Shown here piece by piece: positions 48,703 to 58,511 of a stretch of 64,000 nucleotides of DNA (its first letter is position 1; every line of letters starts with the position of its first letter). Location of the stretch: contig LDJB01000004.1 in the NCBI GenBank assembly GCA_001028815.1, positions 13,733 through 77,732 of the forward strand, read 5' to 3'. Below the pieces are notes generated by a model that was not told the origin of the DNA, made no database searches, and saw only the letters and a list, made by a program, of their open reading frames with translations. The translations under genes were made by a program, and so were the position numbers. This DNA comes from Peptococcaceae bacterium 1109 (GTDB taxonomy: Bacteria; Bacillota; Limnochordia; Darwinibacteriales; Darwinibacteriaceae).

Positions 48703-49437
48703 TTAGCTCTCTGGCTCTAAGAGGTAGATGGAGCGCTTTCCAATCTTAAAACCTTCCAGCCGCTTGAACCCCTGAGCCTGCACCTTCTGCTGCTTGGTCG
48801 TGACCAGGGCAACCACTCCTTGGTCCCGTACAGCCGGGCGCAGATTGCTGAGCATAACCCCAATAGGATCAGTGATGTCCTGTGACCAGCTGGCGATACT
48901 TCCGTAAGGTACATCTGTAATGACGATGTCTATGGACTGAGGCGCAATCTTCCCAGCTAGGCCAGGCCGCAAGACATCTATCTCCATGCAGTGGATCTCA
49001 AGGTGAGCGGTGTGCTCCACCAGCTCCCCAAGGCGGGAAGCGCTGGCCAAAGCTTCCCTGTGAGAGTCCTTGCCGTAGAGTGCGAAGAGCTCCTCAAGCT
49101 CTGCGATGCGCCTTGCCATCCCTGCGGGGGTTAGCAGTGCAAGGTTAGCCTTGGCCAGCTCCAGAATCTCCCCGTCCACATCGGAAGCGTAAAGCTTAGA
49201 AAACTCTCTGCCGTGGAGCAGGGCTATGGTAGTCAACAAGTACGCACCCCCGCAGCAGGGATCGTAGATGGTCAGGGGAACCTTTCCCCGGGCCTTGCGG
49301 ACGCGCTCAAGGCATCGCTGGATAATCTCGCTCCCCAAGCGCACCGGGAATGCGGTTGCCCCTTTACGGTTGTACAAAACCCTGCCGCTGGCAAAATCCT
49401 CGTAGTTCTTGGCCTCAATTTCAAACCTGTACTTCAT
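48703..49437 (-). CDS. Class I SAM-dependent N-methyltransferase (DPPY-type amino-methyltransferase, RNA or DNA)
   Basis: SAM motif I IYDPCCGGAY and motif IV ITDVPYG. The preferred start is MKYRFEIEAK at 49437. The ORF extends to 49503 if the upstream ATG is used. Confidence 0.65.
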   Translation of the reverse strand: MKYRFEIEAKNYEDFASGRVLYNRKGATAFPVRLGSEIIQRCLERVRKARGKVPLTIYDPCCGGAYLLTTIALLHGREFSKLYASDVDGEILELAKANLALLTPAGMARRIAELEELFALYGKDSHREALASASRLGELVEHTAHLEIHCMEIDVLRPGLAGKIAPQSIDIVITDVPYGSIASWSQDITDPIGVMLSNLRPAVRDQGVVALVTTKQQKVQAQGFKRLEGFKIGKRSIYLLEPES

Positions 49438-49609
49438 GAGCTTGCCCTGTTCCACCCTTCCCACACTAGTGGTGACTTCCTGTTTCGTAACACCAGCGGG
49501 CAATATCCCCGATGAGCTCTAGGGGGAGGGGCCTATCGTAGGGAAACTGCACTGCACCGCTTGAGCTCCCTGCCGCAATCTGGGCACTGCCACACAGCCT
49601 GCCCCTCCT

Positions 49610-50053
49610 CTACCCTTGCTGCTCTGCCCGTTCTTCCCAGAGTTTAACCCTTTCCTCAAAGCTCACAACCTTGTGCACCTGGTGCACCATCCAATGGTAC
49701 CCAAAGGGATCGAAAAAGGACGCGTGGGACACGCCATACTCTGGCATCTCCGTGATAGGCTGCACTTCGAGGCAGCCTGCATCCATGGCTTTGGCAAAGG
49801 TCTCTTTGATATCTGGTACGAGGACATTGAACCACACAGATCGGATGCCCTCTTCCCCCGGCGCCATGAGCTGAAACTCAGGGTTTTCATCTAGGAGGTG
49901 AAAACGCACTCCATAGATGGAGAAAACCGCTTCGTTCTGCCCTTGGGGGAAATCGGTTACCTCAATCCGTTCCACCTCAAAAATCTTCTCGTAAAGTGCC
50001 AATGCCGCCAAACTGTCCTTCACAACCATATCAATTTCTACTCCGACCATCAA
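49610..50053 (-). CDS. VOC-family protein (glyoxalase/bleomycin-resistance fold)
   Basis: 147 aa with a two-betaalphabetabetabeta-module pattern (...VFSIYGVRFHLLDEN...HASFFDPFGYHWMV). Confidence 0.75.
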   Translation of the reverse strand: MMVGVEIDMVVKDSLAALALYEKIFEVERIEVTDFPQGQNEAVFSIYGVRFHLLDENPEFQLMAPGEEGIRSVWFNVLVPDIKETFAKAMDAGCLEVQPITEMPEYGVSHASFFDPFGYHWMVHQVHKVVSFEERVKLWEERAEQQG

Positions 50054-50226
50054 CTCGGCCTCCTCACGTGCCAGGCGGCACCTTTTTTGATATAACTTCG
50101 ACCACCATACCGTGACTCCTTGCAGTCCTTCCGTTTCGCGGAAAACTCTCCCTTGACATACATAGAAGTCCTAGGTATACTGTTGGTAATACATAGCACT
50201 TCTAGGTATCTGCCAAGGAGGTTCAC

Positions 50227-50583
50227 ATGGATGTCTCGAAGGACCTGATCGCTGCCTCGGCCACTCCGCTTATCCTGGCGATCCTGCAGTACGCAGACAG
50301 CTACGGCTACGAGATCATTAAGAAGATCAGAAGCGCATCGGACAACGAGTTGGTTTGGACCGAAGGAATGCTGTATCCTGTGCTCCACCGCTTAGAGAAA
50401 AATGGGTTTATCCAGTCGTACTGGAAGGAGTCCCCAGAGGGGCGCCGCAGGAAGTACTACAGGTTGCTGCCTGAAGGCAAGGGGGAGCTGGAGCGGCACA
50501 GGCAGCAGTGGGAACTGGTGTACTCTGTATTATCTGCCGCCATCCACGGCACTATTAAGGAAGGGTCGGATTCCTATGTTTGA
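50227..50583 (+). CDS. PadR-family transcriptional regulator
   Basis: LILAILQYADSYGYEIIKKIRSASDNELVWTEGMLYPVLHRLEKNGFIQSYW...RRKYYRLLPEGK is the canonical PadR winged HTH. Confidence 0.9.
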   Translation: MDVSKDLIAASATPLILAILQYADSYGYEIIKKIRSASDNELVWTEGMLYPVLHRLEKNGFIQSYWKESPEGRRRKYYRLLPEGKGELERHRQQWELVYSVLSAAIHGTIKEGSDSYV

Positions 50584-51916
50584 TTTGGAACAAAACATTA
50601 AATCCTGGTGTGATTACTTCCGCGCCCGGGGCTCCTTAACAGAGGAGGATATCTTGGAGATCGAACACCACCTCCGAGACCAAATCGCTGACCTTGTGGA
50701 GAGCGGCCTCAGTGAAGAGGAAGCTTTTATCATCAGCGTGAAGCGCCTCGGTAACGTCAGTACAATCTCCGAGGAGTTCTCCAAAGTCAATACGGAGAGC
50801 CTCTGGAAGCACCTTCTCTTTGACCCAGACCCAGCGGCTAAGGCCCAAACGCAGAAGCAAGTCTTTCGCGTGATCGTCCTGGCATTGCTCGCGGGAACCG
50901 CCGCTAAGCTCCCAACCCTCTTTGGGGTGGAACTGGGCTCTATCGCCTACTTCAAAAACCTCAGCTTCTACATTCTCCCCTTCATTGCTTTCTGGCTCGC
51001 CAAGAAGAATGAGGTCTCAACGAGGTTGCAGTGGATCATGGGCGGAGTTTTTGCTGCGGCACTGCTTGTCATTAATCTTTACCCAGCCTACGGGCCCAGG
51101 CATACTGAAACGCTCACCGCGATACACTTGCCCATCTTGATGTGGCTGGTGACCGGCATTGCCTACATGGGAGAGGACTGGCAGTCCAGCAAAGCCAGGA
51201 TGGACTTTTTGCGGTTCACTGGGGAAAGTGTCATCTACGGCAGCCTGCTTATGCTGGGGCTCATGGTCCTGACCATGTTTACGGTGATGATTTTCCAATC
51301 CATCGCCATTGATATGGAGTGGTTCGTTGAGAACTACCTCTTGGTCTACGGAGGCTGTGCAGTGGCCGTGCTTACGGTCTACCTTGTGGAAGCCAAAAAG
51401 AGCATTGTGGAGAACTTCGCCCCCGTGTTGGCAAAGATCTTCAGCCCGTTGTTCTGTGTCACGCTCACCGCTTTCCTGGTAGTGATGCTAGCGACGGGCC
51501 GCAGCCCCTTCGCGGAGCGGGAGTTCCTCATCGGATTCGACCTAATGCTTGTCCTAGTACTGGGGCTAGTTCTGTACACCATTTCCGCACGGAACCAGTA
51601 CGATGACCCTTCCACCTTCGACTATCTCAACACTGCGCTAATCGCCGCTGCCATCATCGTGGATGCGGCAGCGCTCTGGGCCATAGCAGGCAGGCTTTCA
51701 GAATTTGGCATTACTCCCAACAAGCTCGCGGCCCTAGGTGAAAATGTACTCTTGCTGGTTAACCTCACGGCCCTCTTGGTGCTTTACATCCGCTACTTCA
51801 TGCAGAAAATTGAGTTTAAGCGGATTGAGATGTGGCAGACCAAGTACCTCACGGTCTATGCAGTGTGGCTAGGGATTGTGGCCTTTGTGTTCCCCATCGT
51901 ATTCCAGTTTCAATAA
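50576..51916 (+). CDS. PadR-associated membrane protein with a DUF1700-like N-terminal domain and a polytopic C-terminal domain
   Basis: Its start ATG overlaps the PadR stop (ATGTTTGA). The N-terminal MFDLEQNIKSWCDYFRARGSLTEEDILEIEHHLRDQIADLVESGLSEEEAFIISVKRLG is typical of the sensor module downstream of PadR genes. About 10 TM segments follow. The longer ORF from 50402 lies in the PadR overlap and is unlikely. Confidence 0.7.
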   Translation: MFDLEQNIKSWCDYFRARGSLTEEDILEIEHHLRDQIADLVESGLSEEEAFIISVKRLGNVSTISEEFSKVNTESLWKHLLFDPDPAAKAQTQKQVFRVIVLALLAGTAAKLPTLFGVELGSIAYFKNLSFYILPFIAFWLAKKNEVSTRLQWIMGGVFAAALLVINLYPAYGPRHTETLTAIHLPILMWLVTGIAYMGEDWQSSKARMDFLRFTGESVIYGSLLMLGLMVLTMFTVMIFQSIAIDMEWFVENYLLVYGGCAVAVLTVYLVEAKKSIVENFAPVLAKIFSPLFCVTLTAFLVVMLATGRSPFAEREFLIGFDLMLVLVLGLVLYTISARNQYDDPSTFDYLNTALIAAAIIVDAAALWAIAGRLSEFGITPNKLAALGENVLLLVNLTALLVLYIRYFMQKIEFKRIEMWQTKYLTVYAVWLGIVAFVFPIVFQFQ

Positions 51917-51925
51917 AGCTAGAAG

Positions 51926-51972
51926 CCTTGCCTGGTGTGTTTCGCCCGTTATCACCAAGCAAGGCTTCTGCA
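51926..51972. terminator. Bidirectional terminator-like hairpin between convergent genes
   Basis: gaagccttgcctggtg ... caccaagcaaggcttc forms a 16-bp stem with one mismatch around a 15-nt loop. Confidence 0.45.
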
Positions 51973-52095
51973 GTCCCCCCCAAACCCCTTCTATCTGAGA
52001 AGAACGATAGTATGCTGCTAATCTGTTAGCCCTATCTTAGCATGGACTCCCCGATTACATTAGCCAACGAAAGTTTGTTTTGATCCACGAGGCGC

Positions 52096-52132
52096 AAAAA
52101 AACCGCCGCAGCCCGTCCCTGGCGCGGCGGTT
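52096..52132 (-). terminator. Rho-independent terminator downstream of the STAND/LuxR gene
   Basis: The minus-strand RNA has AACCGCCGCG...CUGCGGCGG followed by UUUUUUU. Confidence 0.7.
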
Positions 52133-52147
52133 GTCCTTACCCCCTTC

Positions 52148-55100
52148 TCAGCTTTGGCCTTGATCTTTATCCGTGGTAACGCCCCACTCCGCGGCTTTCA
52201 CCACCGCTTGCGTCCGGCTTTGCACGCCTAGTTTCTTAAAGATCTTGTTAGTGTGCCACTTGACCGTCCCTTCAGAGAGGTACAGCTGCTTCCCAATCTC
52301 CCGGTTCGAAAGCCCCTGAACCATCAAGTCAAAGATGCGGCGCTCCTGATTGGTCAAGCTCTCCAACTCAGGGGCGGATACGGCACCTTCTTCTCGCTCC
52401 ACTTGGGCAGAACTGAGTGCCAAGGCCCCTAGCTTCTGCACGATGTCCATGCGCTCGCCGGAAAAGGCACCGGGCGTTAGGTTGTTCTCTAAGTACAAGA
52501 CTCCCCCCAGTTCATCGTCTAAGTAGATAGGGAGGCACTGGATTGATAGGGGTTTCTTTGTGAGGATGTAGGTGTCTTGGCCAAACACTGTGCTGTCTAG
52601 AGCATTGTCAACCAGCACCGGTTCCCCTGCGTTGATCACGTAGGATACTACCGCCTTGGAGACCAGCTCACTTAAGGCCCGCTCTGGATCAGTCACAAAG
52701 CCCACGGAACCGTTGGCTTCCCGAAAGGCCAACGCCTGCAGGGCTTTGCTCGTGCTGTCCAAGGCAAATAAATAAACCCGCTGTGCACCAGAACTGGCCA
52801 CAATCACCTCAAAAAGCTGCTTGATAGCCGCTTCGCTGTCATCGGAGGCCAAGAAGCTGTCGAGCACCTTGCTCACGGTCAGGATATCAGCCATGCGGGA
52901 TACCTCTGCAGGCAAGGACTGGCCATTTATTTCAGGACGGGCGCCCCGAACCTGGGCCCCTTGCCCATCATCAGATTGGGAGGCGCTCTTCACTGCCGGG
53001 CTCTCTTCCAACAGACGGGCCTTCGCGCTGGCGCCAAACCTAGCATAAAGGGATTGGGCTTTCTTCTGGTATGTCTCCCGGTAGTGCTCCATGCCCATTG
53101 CTTCGTAGTGCCTGGCGGCCAGCTCACTAGCGACGGCTGCATCCAAGACATAGCCGTGTTTTTCTGCTGAACTGATTGCTTCTTGGTAAAGCTTGATCCG
53201 CCGCCAGTGGTCTGAGCGTCTGTATGGCAGTTCCGCCAGAGCCAGCTTATATTTGTGGAAGAAGTTCACCGGGCACCAGCGGGCCCACTTCCGGAGCTGC
53301 TTGACATACCTGTTCAAGGCTTTGGCCACCTTCCGCTGCTCCTTCGAATCAAGGCGGTCGTAAACTGCTGCAGAAGCAAGGCATGCCCAGAAGATGTGTG
53401 CCGCATAGAGGATTTTGCCCCTGAGCGCCTCCAGCTTGTCGCTGATCTCCTTCACGGCCCCGTACGCCTCTAAGTAATCTCCCCGCAGATAGCTCACTTG
53501 AATCTTCATCAAGTAATGGTAGGGGACGATCATAGCAGAGTCTGTGTGGAGCATGCGCTGGACCACACTTTCCGGAATGGTGTACTCCTCCAGCTCCCCC
53601 CTCAGGCTCTTTATATAGACATTCACCGCTTCATGAATGTCCACCAATAACAGCATGCCGTACTTTGTTGTTTCCCCCAAGGCCATCTCATTTACTGCCG
53701 CGAGTTCGTCCAATGATTCCCCTAAGGCGTGGTGAACCTGCACGAGTTCGGTGACCGCGGCACCTGCAAATAGAGTGTCGCCGTGCTCGTAAGCTGCCGC
53801 GTAGACCTGCCTAGCATAGTCTAGGCTTGTGCGTAGATGCTTGTGCCAGAAGTTGAGAAACGCGCTGACAACATAATAGGTCCTGTACCTGATGCTAGGG
53901 CTGCTCGTTTCCGCAAGCTCAAGTGCAATGTCTTGGAGCCTGCGGACTTTAGGCAAGTTCAACCCCAATCCATATGCCACAATAGGATAACACGCAAAAG
54001 CAAAGGCGGAGGCATCACACCGGCCGTACTTCAAGGTCAGGTAGTTCATCTTCAAAACAACGTACACAAACAGCTCGGGGTTAACTAAACTCGTGGGAGG
54101 CACCAAGCTTGCCAGCAGCTCCATTGTCCTCTGGGCCCATGGATCCTCCATTTCTGGTTGGTGCAGGAGGGCTTTGAATGGCCTGGTTAAGAAAAGCAGG
54201 GTTACCCCAAGGAACACCCAGGCAATGTTCCACGGCTTGGGGCGAACGGGGAGCTTCAGCCCGTGGTACATAAGGCCTGTAATCCCCGCTTTAATCGCTT
54301 CGTCGTCTGTGTGATACCCGGTGCAAAGAATTGTCTTGAGCTCATAGACACCTATCAGTTCCTGCCCCGGCTGCGCGTGGCTCACTATCTCGTGGAAAAT
54401 CGGCTCGGCGCTAGCGAAGCCGTTGAGCACGAACGTGCAGTAATAGTAACTGGTGAAAATGTCATAACTCAGTTGGTGGGCTTTGTGCCAATGATCAGAT
54501 GGCAGAAGTTTCACCGCGAAGGCCAAGTAGCGCAGGGCAGCCTGAAAGGCGATTACCGCCTTAGCCCGATTGGCCGCCTCCAAATTAAGGTGGGCAAGTT
54601 CTAGCTGTTCAGCCTCTGTAGCAATTAACTCCGCACTTTCGTTTAGATGGTCAACTGCCTCAAAAAGCAAACTGGATGCGTCCCCCGTTGCGGCTTCCAA
54701 AAACCTTCTTCCCGCTCGCTGGTGGATCTTTTTCCGTTCCAAAGGGCCGAGAAGGGCATAAGCAGTTTCCCTGATGCGGGCATGAAGGAAAGCAAAGGCA
54801 GAGCCATCTCCAGAGTCCTCATCGCTCTCCACAGCAATTGCGGCCTCTACAGCGGGCTGAAGCAAATGCCGAATGTGCCCTGGAGGCTGGCCCAGAATTG
54901 CCCCAAGGCCCTCCAGGGAAAAGGGCTGTTTCAAGCATGCGGCAATCTTCAACAGCTCCACCGTTTCCAAGGGCAGCCGCTTGATGCGCTCCTTGACTAG
55001 GTCAACCACATCTTGGGGCAAAGCCATCTCCTTGAGGCCTTCTCCCCGGTACTGCCAGCAATGCCCTTTAGGGGAAAATGTGAGAAGGCCGTCCTCGTTG

Positions 55101-56500
55101 AGCTTCTGCAGGATCTGCTTCACGTGGAAAGGGTTGCCTGCAGACTTCTGATACACGTCCTCCAACAGCGGCTCCAGCCCACCATCTTCTAGGTGCACCA
55201 AGCTGCGGATCAGTTGGGCGGTCTGGGGCTTCGCAAGCACATCCAACTCCATGGTGCTGATGGAGATGTCCCCCCGGGCCTTCGCCTCACCCACCCAGGC
55301 CAGGAAGGGATGAGAGCTGTCCATTTCATTGCAGCGGTACGCACCAATAAACAGCAGGCGGCTCTCAACGGCATTGTCCAGCAGGGAACAGATCATCTGG
55401 CATGAAGCTGCGTCAATCCACTGCAGGTTATCTAGGAACACCACCAGCGGGGCTGGCCCGCCCAAGGCCACGTGTAGAAACTCAGAGAACGCGCGGCGAA
55501 ACCGCTGTTCCGCTTCGCGCACAGATTCATAGGCTGCAGTCTCAAACTCCCCTGCCACCAGCTCCAGTTCAGGTATGAGCTCGCCGATCCTAGCCCCGTC
55601 CTTTCCCAGCACCTTTCGAAACCTATCCCGCCACAGGGCCAACTGCCCTGGATCCCCCGCAAGGATTTGGCGGATCCTCTCCCGCAAGATCTGCACCAAA
55701 GGTGCATAGGGCGCGCTGGTGCGGTACTGGTCAACATCGCCCCGGACGAAATCCACTTTCGCTGCTGCATCGGTCCGCCGAAAGGCTTCCACCAGGGCAG
55801 TCTTGCCCGTGCCTGGGAAGCCTGCAACCAGGGCGATCTCTGTCCTCCCTGTGCAGACTCTGTGAAAAGCCTCTGTGAGTCTCGCGAGTTCTCCATCCCG
55901 TCCCACCAATGGGCCCCCGCGGCCTATGCCCCGGAGGCTATCTGCTTGTCCCAGGTCAAAGTATGCCACACTTCCCGTGCTCAGCCACTCGTCCCGGCAG
56001 CGCTCCAAGTCCACTTGGAGGCTGAACGCGCTTTGGTAGCGCTCCGCTGGGTTTTTGGCCAGGAGCTTAAGGACGATTTCCCCGATCACCTGCGGAATGT
56101 CCGGGTCCAGGTCCGCAGGGGATTTCGGCTGGAGGGACGTGTGAGCGTAACTCCAGCCCAAGGCGTCTTTAGCCTCAAAGGGCAGCTCCCCGGTGAGCAG
56201 TTCGTAGAAAACAACTCCCACTGAGTAGAGGTCACTTCTGGCATCTGCTGCTGCTTTGAGCCTGCCTGTCTGTTCCGGAGACATGTAGGGCAGGCACAGT
56301 TCCAAATCACTGGGTGGATCGCCCAGCTCAACCTGTTCCGTGTGAAGGTCAACAGAGATGCACTGGGGCAGCAGCCTCTCTAGCACCACGCCAGCGGCAT
56401 GCTGGCCCGCGAGGAACTTGCACAGGGCCACGCTGGCGTCAAAAAACTGCCCCAGCCCGGCCTTTGGCTCCTGTATAAGTTCAGCCAAGAGTGTCTTCAT
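52148..56500 (-). CDS. Large STAND-type LuxR-family regulator: degenerate partial protein-kinase-like N-terminus, AAA/NB-ARC ATPase, TPR-like helical region, GAF domain and C-terminal LuxR HTH
   Basis: 1450 aa. The kinase C-lobe remnants SPEQ and DLYSVGVVFYELLTG are present, but the HRD catalytic loop is replaced by LERLLPQC and there is no N-lobe. Walker A VAGFPGTGKT. The C-terminal HTH is LTNQERRIFDLMVQGLSNREIGKQLYLSEGTVKWHTNKIFKKLGV. Confidence 0.85.
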   Translation of the reverse strand: MKTLLAELIQEPKAGLGQFFDASVALCKFLAGQHAAGVVLERLLPQCISVDLHTEQVELGDPPSDLELCLPYMSPEQTGRLKAAADARSDLYSVGVVFYELLTGELPFEAKDALGWSYAHTSLQPKSPADLDPDIPQVIGEIVLKLLAKNPAERYQSAFSLQVDLERCRDEWLSTGSVAYFDLGQADSLRGIGRGGPLVGRDGELARLTEAFHRVCTGRTEIALVAGFPGTGKTALVEAFRRTDAAAKVDFVRGDVDQYRTSAPYAPLVQILRERIRQILAGDPGQLALWRDRFRKVLGKDGARIGELIPELELVAGEFETAAYESVREAEQRFRRAFSEFLHVALGGPAPLVVFLDNLQWIDAASCQMICSLLDNAVESRLLFIGAYRCNEMDSSHPFLAWVGEAKARGDISISTMELDVLAKPQTAQLIRSLVHLEDGGLEPLLEDVYQKSAGNPFHVKQILQKLNEDGLLTFSPKGHCWQYRGEGLKEMALPQDVVDLVKERIKRLPLETVELLKIAACLKQPFSLEGLGAILGQPPGHIRHLLQPAVEAAIAVESDEDSGDGSAFAFLHARIRETAYALLGPLERKKIHQRAGRRFLEAATGDASSLLFEAVDHLNESAELIATEAEQLELAHLNLEAANRAKAVIAFQAALRYLAFAVKLLPSDHWHKAHQLSYDIFTSYYYCTFVLNGFASAEPIFHEIVSHAQPGQELIGVYELKTILCTGYHTDDEAIKAGITGLMYHGLKLPVRPKPWNIAWVFLGVTLLFLTRPFKALLHQPEMEDPWAQRTMELLASLVPPTSLVNPELFVYVVLKMNYLTLKYGRCDASAFAFACYPIVAYGLGLNLPKVRRLQDIALELAETSSPSIRYRTYYVVSAFLNFWHKHLRTSLDYARQVYAAAYEHGDTLFAGAAVTELVQVHHALGESLDELAAVNEMALGETTKYGMLLLVDIHEAVNVYIKSLRGELEEYTIPESVVQRMLHTDSAMIVPYHYLMKIQVSYLRGDYLEAYGAVKEISDKLEALRGKILYAAHIFWACLASAAVYDRLDSKEQRKVAKALNRYVKQLRKWARWCPVNFFHKYKLALAELPYRRSDHWRRIKLYQEAISSAEKHGYVLDAAVASELAARHYEAMGMEHYRETYQKKAQSLYARFGASAKARLLEESPAVKSASQSDDGQGAQVRGARPEINGQSLPAEVSRMADILTVSKVLDSFLASDDSEAAIKQLFEVIVASSGAQRVYLFALDSTSKALQALAFREANGSVGFVTDPERALSELVSKAVVSYVINAGEPVLVDNALDSTVFGQDTYILTKKPLSIQCLPIYLDDELGGVLYLENNLTPGAFSGERMDIVQKLGALALSSAQVEREEGAVSAPELESLTNQERRIFDLMVQGLSNREIGKQLYLSEGTVKWHTNKIFKKLGVQSRTQAVVKAAEWGVTTDKDQGQS

Positions 56501-56601
56501 GTTGCCCTCCTGTGAAAGTCCCCACTCCGTCCCCCGACATGGCTATATCATACATAAGTTCGCTTTTTTCTTCTTAATCCCTGCTTTTTCCAAATAGCCT
56601 G

Positions 56602-57816
56602 TCATTCGTAACTGAGGGCAACTACAGGATCGAGCCTGGCAGCCCGCATGGCAGGGTATACTCCCGCTACCAAGCCTACCAGCGCGGAAAAGCCAAAAGC
56701 AAGGGCCAGGGCGGACACCTGAATCTTGGTGGGCCATCCTCCGAACCTGCTCACTCCCTCGGCAACGGCTGTTCCAACCAAAAGGCCGATGGCCCCGCCG
56801 CTGGTGCTCAAAACCAACGCTTCTACGATAAACTGCAGGAGGAGGTCCCGCTGCTTGGCGCCAAGAGCCTTGCGCGTCCCGATTTCCCGAGTACGCTCGC
56901 TCACCGACACCAGCATGATGTTCATCACCCCAATCCCCCCAACAACTAGCGAGATTCCTCCGATGGCTCCAAGCATGAGCTGCAAGGTAAAGGCAACATC
57001 ACCCATAGTTTCCAGCATCTCATCTTGGCTGGTGACGTTGAACCCATCTGCCGTGCCCAAGCGGGAGTACAAGAGAAACTCCGCCTGCTGCACCGCCTCG
57101 CTGGCCGCTTCTGCAGATGCAGCCTGAGCCATGAGGGTAGAGACCGTCTTTGTCCGGAGAATACGCTCCATGGCAAGGGTAAGGGGAATGTACACTTGGT
57201 TGTCATAGTTGCCCATAAGGACTTGTCCCTTAGATTCCATTACCCCCACTACAGTGAAGCTGTACCGCCGATCCCCCACCACGTAGGTGATCTGCTCTCC
57301 CACAGGGTTGGCCTGTCCAAACAGGCGCTCTGCTACTCGGGAACCTAAGACCATCACTTGGGTTTGGTGCTCCAGGTCCAAGTCGTGTAAGAACCGCCCT
57401 GCACGAACCTTATAGTTGGTCACCTCTGTGTAAGCGGGGGTGGTTCCCACCACTGTGGACCGCAAGTTAGAGCCGCCGTAGATCAAGAGGCCGCTCCCTT
57501 GAACGAGAGGGACTACCAGCTTGATACCAGGTGAGCGCTCCTGCATGTGTTGGGCAAGCTGCACCGTAAAGACATCTCTTGGATCTGCACTCACACTTCC
57601 GCCCCGCCCTAAGGTTGGCGCAGGGCTGATCATAATCAAGTTTGATCCGAGCGCGGATACCATGTCCAGTACCGAGGTCTGGGCACCGAGGCCGATGGAT
57701 ACTATGCCAACAACTGCCGCCACCCCGATAATAATCCCCAGCATGGAAAGGAAGGAGCGCAGTTTGCTGCTCTGCAGGCTCCAGACAGCTGAGCGGATTG
57801 TCTCTCCTAGATTCAT
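56602..57816 (-). CDS. ABC transporter permease of the MacB/FtsX type
   Basis: 404 aa with TM1, a large periplasmic domain, then three C-terminal TM segments, which is the FtsX/MacB topology. Confidence 0.85.
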   Translation of the reverse strand: MNLGETIRSAVWSLQSSKLRSFLSMLGIIIGVAAVVGIVSIGLGAQTSVLDMVSALGSNLIMISPAPTLGRGGSVSADPRDVFTVQLAQHMQERSPGIKLVVPLVQGSGLLIYGGSNLRSTVVGTTPAYTEVTNYKVRAGRFLHDLDLEHQTQVMVLGSRVAERLFGQANPVGEQITYVVGDRRYSFTVVGVMESKGQVLMGNYDNQVYIPLTLAMERILRTKTVSTLMAQAASAEAASEAVQQAEFLLYSRLGTADGFNVTSQDEMLETMGDVAFTLQLMLGAIGGISLVVGGIGVMNIMLVSVSERTREIGTRKALGAKQRDLLLQFIVEALVLSTSGGAIGLLVGTAVAEGVSRFGGWPTKIQVSALALAFGFSALVGLVAGVYPAMRAARLDPVVALSYE

Positions 57817-58511
57817 GCCCTCACCTCACTTCCACCGGTGTCGCTTACAATACGGCCATCCAGAAGCCTTATGACCCGCTGTGCCCGGGCAGCCACAGCC
57901 TCATCGTGGGTGATGAGGAGAATTGTATTGCCCTCACTGTTGAGTTCTGCAAAAAGGTCCAGGATTTGTGCACCCGTTGCGGTATCCAGCGATCCCGTTG
58001 GCTCGTCCGCTAGAATGAAGGCGGGTTCGGTGACAATCGCTCTAGCAATGGCTACACGCTGGCGCTGTCCACCGGAAAGCTCGCTTGGGCGGTGGCCCAT
58101 GCGGTCTGCCAGGCCCACCCGCTCCAGTACCGCCGCGGCCCGTTCCCGCCGCTCCCGCCTGCGCACCCCCGCGTAAATCAGAGGCAGCTCCACGTTTTCC
58201 AACGCGGTAGCCTTGGGCAAGAGGTTAAAAGTTTGGAACACAAAGCCGATCTTGCGGTTGCGGATCTCAGCAAGTTCATTATCTGTGGCCTTGCGGACGT
58301 CTCGGTCTTCGATAGCCAGTTCCCCTGATGTAGGCCGATCTAAGCATCCCACAATGTGGAGCAGGGTCGACTTCCCTGACCCTGAGGGCCCCATAATCGC
58401 AATATACTCCCGGCTCTCCACGGTAAAGGAGACGCCCCGCAGGGCGTGGACCTGTTCCGCACCCATGTGGTAGACTTTCGTGAGCCCTTTAGCTTCAAGC
58501 ATCTTGGTCAT
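57813..58511 (-). CDS. ABC transporter ATP-binding protein (MacB/LolD type)
   Basis: Walker A GPSGSGKSTLL, signature LSGGQRQRVAIARA, Walker B LADEPTGSLD. It overlaps neighbours by 4 bp on both sides. Confidence 0.9.
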   Translation of the reverse strand: MTKMLEAKGLTKVYHMGAEQVHALRGVSFTVESREYIAIMGPSGSGKSTLLHIVGCLDRPTSGELAIEDRDVRKATDNELAEIRNRKIGFVFQTFNLLPKATALENVELPLIYAGVRRRERRERAAAVLERVGLADRMGHRPSELSGGQRQRVAIARAIVTEPAFILADEPTGSLDTATGAQILDLFAELNSEGNTILLITHDEAVAARAQRVIRLLDGRIVSDTGGSEVRA

